The position numbers and the translations under genes are program-made. Below are positions 1-11,841 of a stretch of 64,000 nt of DNA, piece by piece. Each line of letters starts with the position of its first letter. Within the stretch, counting starts at the first letter, position 1. The notes beneath the pieces are model-generated. The model was not told where the DNA came from. It was given only the letters and a program-made list of their open reading frames with translations, and made no database searches. The DNA comes from Octopus sinensis (Eukaryota): NCBI RefSeq assembly GCF_006345805.1, contig NC_043020.1:30194001-30258000 (forward strand). The letters run 5' to 3'.

Positions 1-204
1 CTTTACGCTCTGCCAAGATTCTGCCAAGGTCAACTTAGCCTTTCATCCTTGTTGTTGTTGTTACCATTATCATTGAACTTGAGTAAGTAATCGAGTAGCA
101 TCCTGCCCACTTGTGCTTCTTGTAGAAAGAATTATTATTGTTATTATTATCATTATTATTATTAAAGTAAAAACAAACATAATAAATAAAATCGCAGGAC
201 TGAC

Positions 205-763
205 CGTTGGGATCGAATTCCTCTGTTAAAAGATGATAACAGCATGAGACATTACAGAGGAGATGAGCCGCAGGATTCTGAGAGAAAAACCGAAGCGCCG
301 TTGGGCAGAGATTGCCACAAGTATGAAGGCCTGCGACAAGCAGGTTGCTGCTGTCGCCCTGGGAACCGGCGTCAGCTTCACATTTATCATGTTCTGCAAT
401 CAGCTGTAAGATATTGGTGTCAGAGTTTACATACGTGGTAAATGGACAGTAAAACCCCCTTGGTTCCTTCTCAGTGGTCGTTGCAACATATTTCTGAAGA
501 TTACCACCACAGTCACCATTATTCTGATTCTGATTCTGTATTTTCAGAGATTCTTCTTCGTTTGGAACTGGTTGATTCTGATAAGAATTTTGGCTAAGGG
601 TAAATTTTTTAATAAGTCCTGACCACTGTTTTTTCAAAATCTTTGCTCTCTTATTCGCTCCTGATGTATTCTGGTCAGCAGAATCAATACCAAAGACTTT
701 TAAATCGTAACTGAAAGCAAGTTGGGTTCCAAGATAGCCTTTGCCACTGCCCAAGTCAACAAT
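205..763 (-). CDS. METTL25: METTL25-like coding exon 3 (SAM-binding domain); gene continues off the window
   Basis: IVDLGSGKGYL (motif I), GIDS, GLHTCGNL and SCCYHLLTEEF are hallmark METTL25 motifs. CCACAG acceptor and G|GTCAGT donor. Confidence 0.92.
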
Positions 764-866
764 CTGTGGTACGAGTAAAAGAAAAAAATTACATTATCAA
801 GAGGGGAGAAAATTCTAAAAAAAATATGATAAACTTAATTTTTGTATTTGTTTTAGTTCAACTTAC

Positions 867-1141
867 TTTACATATTCCAAAGCGCTGGCACAGTGAGTGG
901 CACAACTGTGCCATAACAGCCACTTCATGGGACTTCTGTTTCGACATGAAATCCTTAACAAATGGTGTTTTGTCTTCAGTCAGTCGATATTTCATCTTGA
1001 GATCTTCAATGGCAGTTAATACAGCGAGCTGAGGAAGAGTATTTTCATGGGCAGATTTGATAAATTCTTCAAGATTATTGTGGCTCCATTTCAAAGTTTT
1101 GCATTCCAGGTCGGCAAGTCTTGAATTTTTTCCTTTGATGC
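867..1141 (-). CDS. METTL25: METTL25-like coding exon 2
   Basis: TTCTTCAG acceptor and GTAAGT donor. Encodes ...FMSKQKSHEVAVMAQLC, the METTL25/RRNAD1 family M-x-x-x-K-x-H-E-V motif. Confidence 0.9.
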
Positions 1142-1671
1142 CTGAAGAAATAAACAGAACAAAGGAAAGCATTTACGTAACAAGTGAATGGAATTAGTGA
1201 AAAATAATGGGAGGGGACTCATAAGACTCAAGGCAGACTCATAAAACTCTGAGTTGGTAGAGTCATCAGATTGAGTCATCTTTGTGAGGAGAGGAGTCTA
1301 GTCAATGTTATTGATCGCAGTACTTTATTTTATAGACCCTGAAGGGAAATAAGACAAAGTTGACCGTGACAGGATCTGAGCTCAGAAAGGATAGAGATGG
1401 AAGAGATGCCATTAAGCATTCTGTCCAATATGCTAATGATTCTGCTAAATAATAATTCTTTCTACTCGAAGCGCAAGGCCTGAAATATTTTGGGGGAGGG
1501 GAGCTAGTTGATTACATCAACCCCTGTACTCAAATGGTACTTCTTTCATCAGTGCCAAAAAGATAAAAGGCAAAGTTGACCTTGGCGGAATTTGAACCCA
1601 GAACATAGCGATGGGAAAAATACTGCTAAGCATTTCGTCTTGCATGCTAATGATTCTGCCAGTTCAAAACC

Positions 1672-1940
1672 AAGATCATAGATATTGCCATACCTGGGGA
1701 TGAATGTGTAGATGACAAAGTGCTGGAAAAGATGGAGAAATACAGACTGCTAAAAGATGAAATTGCAAGAATGTGGGTAATGAGGAGAGTAACTGTTATT
1801 CTGGTAGTTGTAGGAGAGCACTAAGAATAACAGGGTTGAGAAAGATGTCAGAGAAATTGGGAATTGACATGGGAGCAGAGCAGGCCCCTAAAAACTGCTC
1901 TCGTGGGTACAGCTAGGATTTTGAGATTGGTGCTTAGGTT
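1672..1940 (+). mobile_element. 3' fragment of an R4/Dong-like non-LTR retrotransposon (REL endonuclease C-terminus)
   Basis: Translates as IIDIAIPGDECVDDKVLEKMEKYRLLKDEIARMW...VILVVVG, then after frameshifts KTALVGTARILRLVL. This is the typical C-terminus of REL-endonuclease LINEs. Confidence 0.7.
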
Positions 1941-2285
1941 CTCTGTGTCTTCCATGACAGGTTAACATTCAGGTACCAAAGCTTATAATTTGCAGAAAGA
2001 GAACCTGTGAGACCTCTGACAATAGGTTGGAATCTGCTCTCACAGAATCAACCAGAGCAAGTAAGACCGAGAGGTCCGAGGAGTAAAATAACAACAACAA
2101 CAACAATGGCAACAAGAAAAGGAAGAGATGGTGGGTGGGAGGAGGAAGTGGAATAGAAAGCAGATGATGATGATAATGATGATGACGATGAAGCCAATGA
2201 CCACCATAATTCAGAAAGAGGAAGAGGATGAGTACAAGGAAGAGGAGGAAGGAGATCAAAGTAGACAAAATTTGAGAGTACAAAC

Positions 2286-2667
2286 CATGTGGTATGTGAT
2301 CCTCAAGCGTTGTACTCCAAGTGGACTGTGGTGGCCAGTGCACAGCACCTGAAGGCAACAGTAGAAGCTGGTCATCAGAGAGATGCAACAGTTGCCCCTG
2401 TATGGCAGCTGGTATGTATGTGTTCCACTGGTCTTTGGTAATGAAATCTGAGGTGTGGCTGTCAACCAAGGGCAGATATGGAGTCAAGAAATCAACAAGT
2501 CGTAGCAGACATTTCTCGATATGAAATTTGTATTCACATCTTGTTGAATGCTTCTTCAATTTACACGTCGTCTGTGTGTTTGGTTCATTTCCTTCTGTTT
2601 CTGTGTTACACAACTCTGTGAGTTTATTGGTTTTGGAATTTGGAACATCCTTTCTCGTTTCAGCCAT
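2286..2667 (-). CDS. METTL25: METTL25-like methyltransferase, first coding exon
   Basis: MAETRK...FLTPYLPLVDSHTSDFITKDQWNTYIP resembles the METTL25 N-terminal conserved block. An acceptor (TTGAAAG) lies 4 nt upstream of the ATG, implying a further 5'UTR exon. Donor G|GTTTGT at 2286 (phase 1) is weaker but matches the next exon's phase. Confidence 0.8.
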
Positions 2668-3099
2668 ATTTCTTTCAAGAGAAAGATAAAAGAAAAAGAA
2701 AAAAGAAGAATGAATTAAAATTATGTTAATTGCTAATTTCTAATATAAATGCAAGAACAAAATCTATTGTGTGAGTGGGCATAGATGTGGCTGTGTGGTA
2801 AAATGCTTGCTTCCCAGCCACAAGGTTTCAGGTTCAGTCCCAGTGTAGGGCACTTTGGGTAAGTGTCTTCCACTACAGTGGAACAAACACATACATTTTT
2901 TTTTTTTTTTCAGAGGATGGAAGTAGGGAAAAGTCAGATATACTGACCCTAACTCCACCTGTATTTGACCAGTGGGGATTTTATCTATATCTCATAAGGA
3001 TGTCATGTAGAGTTGACTCTGGAGGGATTTGTTGCATAGAACATAACCAGCACAGTAATATGTAATATTTTGACATTTTTTTCTCAGCTTAAAGGCCAC

Positions 3100-4860
3100 A
3101 GATTTGGCTAATCCGCTGGCCCGGCACATGTCTGTTCCCAAGCCCGCCAGATTTATGAGGTACAACCTGTTTTTGGAGGAAAAATAATAATAATAAAAAG
3201 CCCCTGGTAATTCAGACAGTCGTTACAAATGATTGTTCAGGCGAGAAATTAGCAACGAAGGGAATCATCGGATTTTCCCAAATATTATTCTTTCTCTCGA
3301 GTGTAACATTAATCGTAATGCCATACACAAACGTCGTTGTTGAGGGAAGAAGACTTGAAAGTCCCTTTACATTCTTTCCTGCCAACCGGAATTGTGGTTC
3401 TGAGAGCAGTCAGCTGAGAAACTTCGGTATTTGTAGTAGGATTTCCCAATAATATCAGGTTTTTTTTTTTAACCGGGTCTCCGGTGACAGGGGACGGGAT
3501 CTGAATTCACACGGCACAGAGTCGAAACAGTTACGGGACATTGGACTCTAACACTACCCTGGATCGGAACTTTATTTATCGATCGCTAAATCTGACAATC
3601 AAAATCGATCTGAGTGGGCTTTGAACACACATACTTCAAAGATGTACATGTTCAGCAAGTTACTTTACCTAAGATCGCACCTAGCAATTAAAACCATTCA
3701 GAAATCGAGGCCGTCTTTTGGGGGAAAAAAAAACACGCATTTAATGTTGCATTTACTTTCGTTTTATTTTTGTAAAAGTAGTTTTACAAATATATCAAGA
3801 CTTACATAAATATTTATACCACCATAATCTTCTCTAAACATCTTTTAGTGGAACTGTTTGCTTCGATCGGAATTTCTAGAAATAAAAACACGTGAAAACC
3901 TGTAAACAAACTTGGAACCGGAAACTCGACGAACTCTAATCCGCAGTAAATGTTTAACTTGTCAATATCGTCTTACATTCACTGCAGCTTACAAATTCTT
4001 GATCGGAATTATGGCTTGGTTTTATTTAAAAATCTATTTAATGTAATTTTTTTTTTAAATTTAAGATTTAATATAGAAATGATATTTTATTATCATTTTT
4101 TTTCACCCTAAAACGCGAGATATTTATTTGCTGTAGCAGTTCTAGCCTTGTGCTAAACATCTCTTCTACATAGCGTGAAGTTCCGAGATCGATCCTTACC
4201 ATCTTCGACAAACATCTTCTTGCACAGTTTTTTAGCAGGTCAAGTGACCATGTTAAGGTTCTCTTGTTGGCTGCATGTCTGTCGCCAAAGTGGTGGTGAG
4301 TAAGTTGGACTTGAAACCCTGGGACTATTACAATTCAACCCCTTTGCAGTCTCACTTCACCCTCGGACAAGGAAGACAGAATAAAAAAATACTTAAGGCC
4401 AAACGGAGTTATCTCCCCCTGAATATTTGGCGCACTCTTTTGATGATTCCTCATAATTAACCGACGTCGCTCACAGAACTGTCCACAATTTAAGGCTATA
4501 TTTATTAATCCATTCCTTGAATATTTTATTATCTTGATGGAAAGTCTTCTCAAGTCGTAGAAATTACGAAAGGAAACAAATACCAGCCATGAACAACCCC
4601 AGCAAACACTAATTGGAATCCACTTGGAACTTCCCTTCGTCTCCCCTTTAATTGTTATGTATTTATTTCCCCGAAGAAGTCGGAATTGCGGAGAGAATTT
4701 GGTCTGTGATATATTTTTTTAAAAAAGACTCCCCCTTTTTAAAGGATATCTTTATGTTGTATATTTGTCACCGGTGATCCGTCTCTGTCAGAACAAATGG
4801 ATTTTTGGCTATAAACATTGAAAACGAACCAAAAGTTGAGCTGAATGTAAGTATTTATCG
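3100..4860. promoter_or_regulatory. Probable bidirectional promoter / 5'UTR exon region shared by METTL25 and NPAT
   Basis: Lies between divergent genes whose ATG exons both begin with splice acceptors. It is visibly richer in CpG and poorer in repeats than the introns. E2F consensus TTTGGCGC at 4426-4433 and an ETS-like CCGGAA near 3918. Boundaries are approximate. Confidence 0.6.
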
Positions 4861-5504
4861 ATGCTTTTTATGCTTAATAATTTATTTTTCTTTTCTTTTA
4901 ATTCTATTCCCATCTTGGATGCCTTATAAGACAAACGTCAGCATTTATCTTTGTAAAAGTCATGTATATAAAACAAGAAAAAACATCTTATTCCAATCGA
5001 GCGAAGTTCTAGGCCAGTGGTTCCCTACCCTTTCAGTACCAAGGACCCTTTTTAATTTAGATGAGTTTTCCCACGGACCCCTTTTAATATGCTTATCCTT
5101 GTGTGTAATATATATATATATATATATACCTATATATAAAATTTCGAATTTAGTACCCAGACCCCCACCACTACTACTGTTCTTGGCCAGAGCTGGTTAT
5201 TATCTCTCATAACAACGAATTATTGTTATTCAGTCGCAGACATTCCGTCTGTGGTCGTCCTGTCTTTGCTTTTTTAAAGATAGCTCGGACTAAACTCTCC
5301 AATAATATCCTTTTCTATTTAAGACAGGAAATGGTGTAATTTGAAAGAGATTCAGCTATTTCTAGCAATCCGGGCGATTGCATGGAGCAGCGATATTTAC
5401 CTTTTCCATTCCCATAATATATCGGGAATAAGGTTCTGTAAATTATTGTACTACATGCTGAGAGCTTAAAAAGTTTTGGCACACACACACACGTCTAATT
5501 ATAT

Positions 5505-5555
<51 letters not shown>

Positions 5556-5564
<9 letters not shown>

Positions 5565-5765
5565 TGAAAGCACCGGTTCTCGTCCGGTCACCGAAGTTAA
5601 ACAACATCGAACCTAGTGAGCAACAGGACCTCCGTAATGCCATGATGGACCGTGAAGTCTGGCGTAGCATTGTAAATTCCATTGTCTCGACCACGGTCGA
5701 ACAATGATGAACGAATGAGTACTTAGATGGGTGACCGCTTGGGAAACCTCGGTGCTGTAAGCATT
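5556..5765 (+). pseudogene. 5S rRNA pseudogene, 5'-truncated and interrupted by a 99-bp LINE fragment
   Basis: ATATCACGTTGAAAGCACCGGTTCTCGTCCGGTCACCGAAGTTAAACAACATCGAACCTAGTGAG (5556-5620) joined to TACTTAGATGGGTGACCGCTTGGGAAACCTCGGTGCTGTAAGCATT (5720-5765) gives a metazoan 5S rRNA sequence lacking about 10 nt at the 5' end. Confidence 0.88.
5621..5719 (+). mobile_element. Extreme 3' end of an RTE-like non-LTR element inserted in the 5S copy
   Basis: Reads QQDLRNAMMDREVWRSIVNSIVSTTVEQ*, containing the 'DR..WR' C-terminal motif of RTE-clade ORF2. Short TGA-like tail; TGAG is duplicated at both junctions. Confidence 0.65.
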
Positions 5766-6389
5766 CCATTTCTTTTCAAGGTGGTGCCCCAGCATGACCA
5801 CAGTTTAATGACTGAAACAAGTAAAAGAATATATGTATGGGGTAGGGGGAAAATAGTAACCGGGACAAAGTGACTTCTCGTTTCTTGTTATTTCCATCCC
5901 ACCCTACCTGTTTGAAACCATTACGTTGCAAGTATTGCTTCATCATTTTGTCCGGTTGCATCATCTTTAGGAGTAAGAATTGGTCAGCATCGTTGTTTCG
6001 AAGTCTCCATAGTCTCGACTGGTCATGCTTGAGAATCCAGTTGCAGAGTGTAATGAGGGTTGCTTCCGATAGCATCCTTTGGACGAAGTACCTGAGGATG
6101 ACTCTATCATGAACTGGGAGTAGAGAAGATGAAGGGACAGATGGAATATGATTATTGGCAGACTCATTAGGACACCAGAGAAAATGCTTAGAGGCATTTC
6201 TTTCTGGCTTTTATGTTCTGAGTTCAAATTCTGCCGAGGTTGACTTTGCCTTTCATCCTTTCAGGGTTGATGAAAATAAGTGCCAGTCAGGCTCTGGGGT
6301 CACTGTAATCGATTAACCCTCTTCCCCTGAATTTCAAGCCTTGCCCCTATTGTGTTGTAGAAAGAATTATTATTACAATTATTTCTGAC

Positions 6390-6650
6390 TGGCTCCCTGT
6401 GCTGGTGGCACCTAAAAAGCACCGTCCGAACATGGTCAATGCCAGTGCCACCCGACTGGCTTCCATGCCGGTGGCACGTAAAAAGCACCCACTACACTCT
6501 CGGAGTGGTTGGCTTTGGGAAGGGCATCCAGCTGTAGAAACCTTGCCAGATCAGATCGGAACCTGGTGTAGCTCTCTAGCCTTGCCAGTCCCCAGTCAAA
6601 CCGTCCAACCCATTCCAGCATGGAAAACGGATGTTAAATGATGATGATGA
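6390..6650 (+). mobile_element. Third SINE family (Meta-domain-like core, RTE-type (TGA)n tail)
   Basis: GGAAGGGCATCCAGCTGTAGAAAC...CCAGCATGGAAAACGGATGTTAAATGATGATGA. Further copies near 17560-17755, 44120-44415, 56390-56540(-) and 62840-63000(-). Confidence 0.75.
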
Positions 6651-6860
6651 TATATATTAGGCACAGAATGCACAACATGATAATAACCATCCTGATGATA
6701 GAATATTTATTAAAACTTCGTTTATATTTATTTTAATTAAATCAAATACTTGTTTCCATTTTAGTTTTTTTTGTTTTGTTTTTTTTGACTTAGCTGTCAA
6801 TGTGTGAAGGAAATAAAACGACTCCCATGATTTGTTGGTCAAAATGTATTTAAGGGAAAC

Positions 6861-6912
6861 ATGAACAACAAACCATATTTCTTACCCTCAGAAGTAGCAA
6901 GGCTGGTTTTAG
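6861..6912 (+). CDS. NPAT: NPAT-like coding exon 1 (LisH start)
   Basis: MNNKPYFLPSEVARLVL-G matches the NPAT N-terminus (MLLPSDVARLVLG). G|GTAAG donor; upstream acceptor at 6793. Confidence 0.92.
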
Positions 6913-7927
6913 GTAAGCACCCTTTTACTCTTTTTTTCCTTTTTTTTTTATTCTTGTTTCAATCATTGGATGGTGGCCATGCTTGGCTGCCACCATGAAG
7001 AGCTTAATCAATCAAATTGACCCCAGAATTTATTTATATTCAAGTTTGGTGTTTATTCTGTTGGTCTCTTTTGCTGAGGAAAAATATAATCATCCCCTGT
7101 GAGTATATATACATACATTTATGTACTTTTTCTACAGCATTAGACCATTTAGCTCTTATTTCTAGCAATGTAGTCACATTTAGTAACAATTATCTTTTTC
7201 CTTTATGGTATCACATTTGCACATGACTATATTAATTTTCGGATACACATTAGCAATCCACTAAATCATCCATAAATTTTTATGGTAAAATGCATTTATA
7301 TTGACAGAGGATTGGCCTGGAATCTGCCAAACGAGTGGTCCTTACTCATGAAGGGTACTGGAATAGCTGAAACTGAATGATCAGTCTAAGGAACTATCAA
7401 GTTGATGTTTTGGGTGGTTGCAGCCCCTCTGAGCATATATGTATACATTTATGTGCTTTTCATACAGCATTAGAGCATTTTAGTTCTTATTTTTAGCAAT
7501 GTCAGTGTCCTGAAACCCTTTGTCATATTTAGTGATGATTATATATATATATATATATACACACACACATACATATGATGGCCGTCCACTCGTGACTGAG
7601 GAAGACCAATGCTGACCTTTAAGGAACATTGTGCGCTCTAGGACTAACTTATATTTGGTATTTGCAGCTCCATTAGTGGCTAAGGAGCCCTGCTCTTGAC
7701 AAGCATACACGACTGTAGACGTTGCAAACCATTCACTACACCAGTCGTGCGCTTTCGAGCAGCACTGCTTAAATTCTTCATGCAGAATACGTGCTCTCAC
7801 AAAGGTGTCCCCCCCCTCCTTAACCTGCTTCCTCCATCTGTGGAGATGACAAGTATTGCTCTCCCAGTCAGTCTCTTGCATATCACAGCTTGAAAGATAT
7901 TTCATCATATATATACATACATACACA

Positions 7928-9145
7928 CACTGCGCCCCACATTATTAGGCAAATCAACCTTCTCTCAATAAATAATTAGTTCAAAACGAGTTGTTTCCCC
8001 ACTGACTGTTGGCAACACCCATCTGTGCACATTCTGTTAAAATAAATCCGATCTGTGCAAATGAAAATAAACGCCAGCCATTATTGTGTAGCAGCAACAT
8101 TTCTGGTGCCCCAAATTATTAGGTGGGTGCCCAATTTAAGTATCATTATGGGTCAGAAACATGATCTTACCTCGAATGAGAAGTCTACCATCATGTTTGG
8201 AAAAGGAAAAACCATAGAAATATTAGAAATACTGGGAAGAGATCACTGAACAGTGAAGAAGTTTGTGCAGTCTCCTATTTCTGTTTGGTCGAGGGCAGAT
8301 AAGGATAAGTCGAGGGTTGAAGCGTATTTTGTTGTGTGTGAAAGGGGAAGTTGTGCGGAACTCATGTCTGACCAGTAGAGAAGTCTTCAAATGTTGTGGC
8401 AGGGAAGACATATCACAAATTACCAGGTGTCGCTTCTTGGAGCAGGTAGCCAGGTATGTTAAACCTGTTACAAGGCCTCCCTCTGAAGGCTGTTCATGAG
8501 CAGAGGAGACTGAGATGGGCAGAAGAATAGATTAAGATTCTTCAACAGTTCTGTTCACTGACGGATGCTGTGCTACCCTTAACAGACCAGATGGCTGGAG
8601 TAAGGACTGAGTATCAATCGGCAGGAACCATCCTCATGATTTGAGACACCAACAGGGGTGGGGGGTAATGTTTTGGGGCTGGTCGTATGATGGTCGGGCC
8701 ATGGAAAATCCCAGATGGCATTAAGATGACATTGAAAACATAAAGCACAATTTCCAACTGTGGTTCAAAAGGCTAAAACTTTCATTCAAGACAAAGCTGG
8801 TCTTCATGCAAGATCATGCCCCATCTCATGCAGTGAAGAATTCTAAGGAATACCTGCAGCAAATAGGCTTCTCTGGAGCTCGTTTGATGGATTAAATAAA
8901 TGTTTGTTCTTATACAATAATCATTTTTACTATACTTGCCTAATAATTATTAAGTAATTTTCCACAGCGAAAATGTTGCCCAATCACAAAAATGGGTGCC
9001 ATTTGTTGGAGTCTGCACAGATCAGATTTATTTTAACAGAATGTGCACAGATAGGTGGCGCCTACAGCCAGTGGGAAAACAACTGGTTTTGAACTAATTA
9101 TTTATTGAGAGAAGATAGATTTGCCTAATAATGTGGGATGCAGTG
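7928..9145 (+). mobile_element. Decayed Tc1-family DNA transposon with ~130-bp imperfect TIRs
   Basis: TIRs read CACTGCGCCCCACATTATTAGGCAAATC... and ...GATTTGCCTAATAATGTGGGATGCAGTG followed by TA. Broken transposase: MGQKHDLT...GRDH*TVKKFV, VLFTDG..ATL..PDGW, FMQDHAPSHA. The C-terminal SPDLNPIE block is missing. Confidence 0.88.
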
Positions 9146-9381
9146 TATATGACAGTTTCTTTTACTTTCCACATTCTAAGTTCACTCACAAGGCTTTGGT
9201 TGATCGGAGACTATAGCAAAAGTACTTTCCTTAGGTGCCATTCAGTGGCATTGAATCCAAGACTGCATGGTTGGGAAGCAAACTTCTTAACCACACAGCC
9301 ACACCTGTGCCTTAGCATTTCCTGTTAGAAAATGTTATTTGGGAAGGGAAGATTAAATAGGTATTTTTCTCCTCCCTGCAG

Positions 9382-9552
9382 GGTATTTAACAGACCTTGG
9401 TCTTGCACAGACAACAAAGGTTTTCCTGAAGGAATGTAAGGACCTCAGTGAATATAATGAATTAAAAAAGAGAGGCTATGCATATCCTACAGATATAATG
9501 GGCCTCAATCTGGTGAATATGTTGGACAATTTTGGATTCATGAAAACTCAAG
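9382..9552 (+). CDS. NPAT: NPAT-like coding exon 2 (LisH domain)
   Basis: GYLTDLGLAQTTKVFLKECKDLSEY...GLNLVNML. CCCTGCAG acceptor, GTAAGT donor, phase 1-1. Confidence 0.92.
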
Positions 9553-10610
9553 GTAAGTGGGGTTTTTTGTTTTAGTTTCCTTCTTTACAAAATGGTTAAA
9601 AGAAGAGGGCTGATATCCCTCACATTTACAGGCACCCACACACTGATGAGATGGACTTAGCATCACTATACTTCCATAATCTAACTTAATACCAGTTCCA
9701 ATATGTTTGGGAGATGTGTGAATATATTCTGGCTTGGCAGCAGACATGCACCATCGATCAATAATTTTGATTGATTTTGTATAAGAGAAGCTTCTCAGTC
9801 TGTCCAGAATTATCGGTCGTTTGGTGTCTGATACTAATAAAAACTACGAGTTTGAAGTACATGTGTCCAGAGGTGCAGGTGTAGTCAGATGGGCCCCAAA
9901 GTCGTGGCCTAATTTTAAGCAACGATAACTTTAACAGCATCCTCTACACTCTGATTTTGAAAATATTTGGCTGAGAAGGAAACTTGTTAATCACACTCCC
10001 ATACCTCATCATCTTCGTTTAACATATGCTTTCGGGGAACCAGCCACTTGCAGGGATGCTTCAAGCTCCAGTGTCTGCTTTGGTATGGTTTCTATGGCTG
10101 AATGCCCTTCCTAAATGCCAACCATTTTACAGAGTGTGGACTGGGTGGGTTTTTTTTATTCATGCCACCAGCACTAGTGAGGTGGCCATGACGCTTGCAA
10201 AACAGAAAAAGGAAAAAGAGGGAAAAGCTCCCACTACTAAGAAGTATTTGAGAGGGAACGATGGGGGTGGGTGTATACCAGGTGTTGAAAGGGTGAAGTA
10301 AAGCAGAAAGACAAGCACAGGTGTCTTGCTTACAGAGGGGATAAATGGTTGAAGGAGATAAGAGGAAGGTAGTGATGGGTGCCAGATCAAACTCTCAAAG
10401 AATAAGAAAGTGAGTGCCGGTCTCAAATATATTGTCTTAAATTCTGATATTGAACTTGTTTAGAATTTTCCAATAAAAGATTATTAAATTTCTTTGGTCT
10501 TCAAAGGGAAATATGAATGTAATAACTTCGTTTGAACTTAATTACAATCTTTAACTTATTGACGATATATTTTTTTTATAATACTTTTTTTATTGTATTC
10601 TTTGTTTTAG

Positions 10611-10882
10611 CTCTTGAACGTTATAATTCCTGTTCATCCGTTGATTCCCTATGGAGAGATATCGAAGCCCTTTTAGACAAGCTGAAATATCGAACATTTC
10701 AAAACCTTTCCAGCAACACAGTAGCAACAATCTCCAAATTTAGAACTCAACGAAAGGTTCAGAAAGGAGACACATTGACAGTTATTCCTGAAAAAATTGG
10801 TGATGAATTGTTATCCACAACTCATTCTTCAAGTAATGATTTGGCTAAAAAGCTGAAGCAAAATAGCGTCACTTTCAAGAAG
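10611..10882 (+). CDS. NPAT: NPAT-like coding exon 3
   Basis: DSLWRDIEALLDKLK resembles the NPAT SSLWKKLDHTL helix. Canonical splice sites, phase 1-0. Confidence 0.88.
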
Positions 10883-11597
10883 GTAACTTTTGAAAACAAA
10901 AACTCCTCTACTTCAGATAATTCTGTTGTAATCTGCAGTTAAGGGGTCCTACATCCTTATTTGGTTCCCACATGTTATTCTACAGTAGGGTATATTCCAG
11001 GACTGAGTACACATGTAGAACTCCTTTTGTCATAAGATCAATACAAGAATTATATAAGATGGTGATGAAGGATATCGGGCTTTGATAATAGATCGCAACA
11101 TTTGTTTCTGCGCTGTACAATATATATCATTATAGAACATTCTTTAGAATTCTCATGTAGTTGAATATTTTTCAGCAACAGCCGTGTGTCTTTGTGCCCG
11201 TTTGTTCAGCCCCCCCCCCTCAGCTGCTTGGCAACTAATGTTGGCTTGTTTACGTCTCCATAACTTACTGGTTCAGCAAAAGAGAACAGACAAACGAGTA
11301 TGGGATTTTGAAAATATGTCCGGGGGGGGGGGAAGATTCATTTTCATTAATTTTGCAATAATGAAGTTATTAATTATGCCATGTGATTAATAACAAAGAT
11401 GTACCAGTTCTTAGATATAATTATGATGGAAGGATTTAATTCACGCGTGAGCAATTTTAAAGCCTGACGCCATGTCTCATAGAAGTGGAGATGGTCTCAA
11501 ATGGGTTGGCAGCAAAAAATGGTTGTTCTGCATTGTGTGTTTCTTTTTTGTGTATTTAATTCCAATTGAAATATTTCTAATCAATTTTACTTTACAG

Positions 11598-11841
11598 TCA
11601 GACAACCATGAAAATCAGACAACAACGAAAAACCATCAACAAGAGGAATCACCGGAAAACTTAGACTGTGATATAATTACTTTGAATTCCCCACCCCAAC
11701 CACCACCACCAAACGAAGAAGAAATAACCGAGGCAGAGGAAAGAAATGATGAAGATGTGTTACCCGAAAAAAGGAAGGTTCCAGAATCTAGTAAGGACAA
11801 TAACCAGGCAACCAGAAGCAAGAAATCAGGATCTTCAACTG
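11598..11841 (+). CDS. NPAT: NPAT-like coding exon 4
   Basis: TTTACAG acceptor and G|GTAAT donor. Open frame SDNHEN...SGSST, phase 0-1. Confidence 0.85.

Noticed and set aside
4805-5212. 135-aa ORF containing 'SSEVLG' as the NPAT start
   Set aside because: It runs through a MITE-like end and a TA repeat. The true LisH start (LPSEVARLVLG) is at 6861.
5556-5765. Functional 5S rRNA gene or intron-containing 5S
   Set aside because: The 5' end is missing, the internal promoter is disrupted, and the insert looks like a LINE tail with no splice or self-splicing hallmarks.
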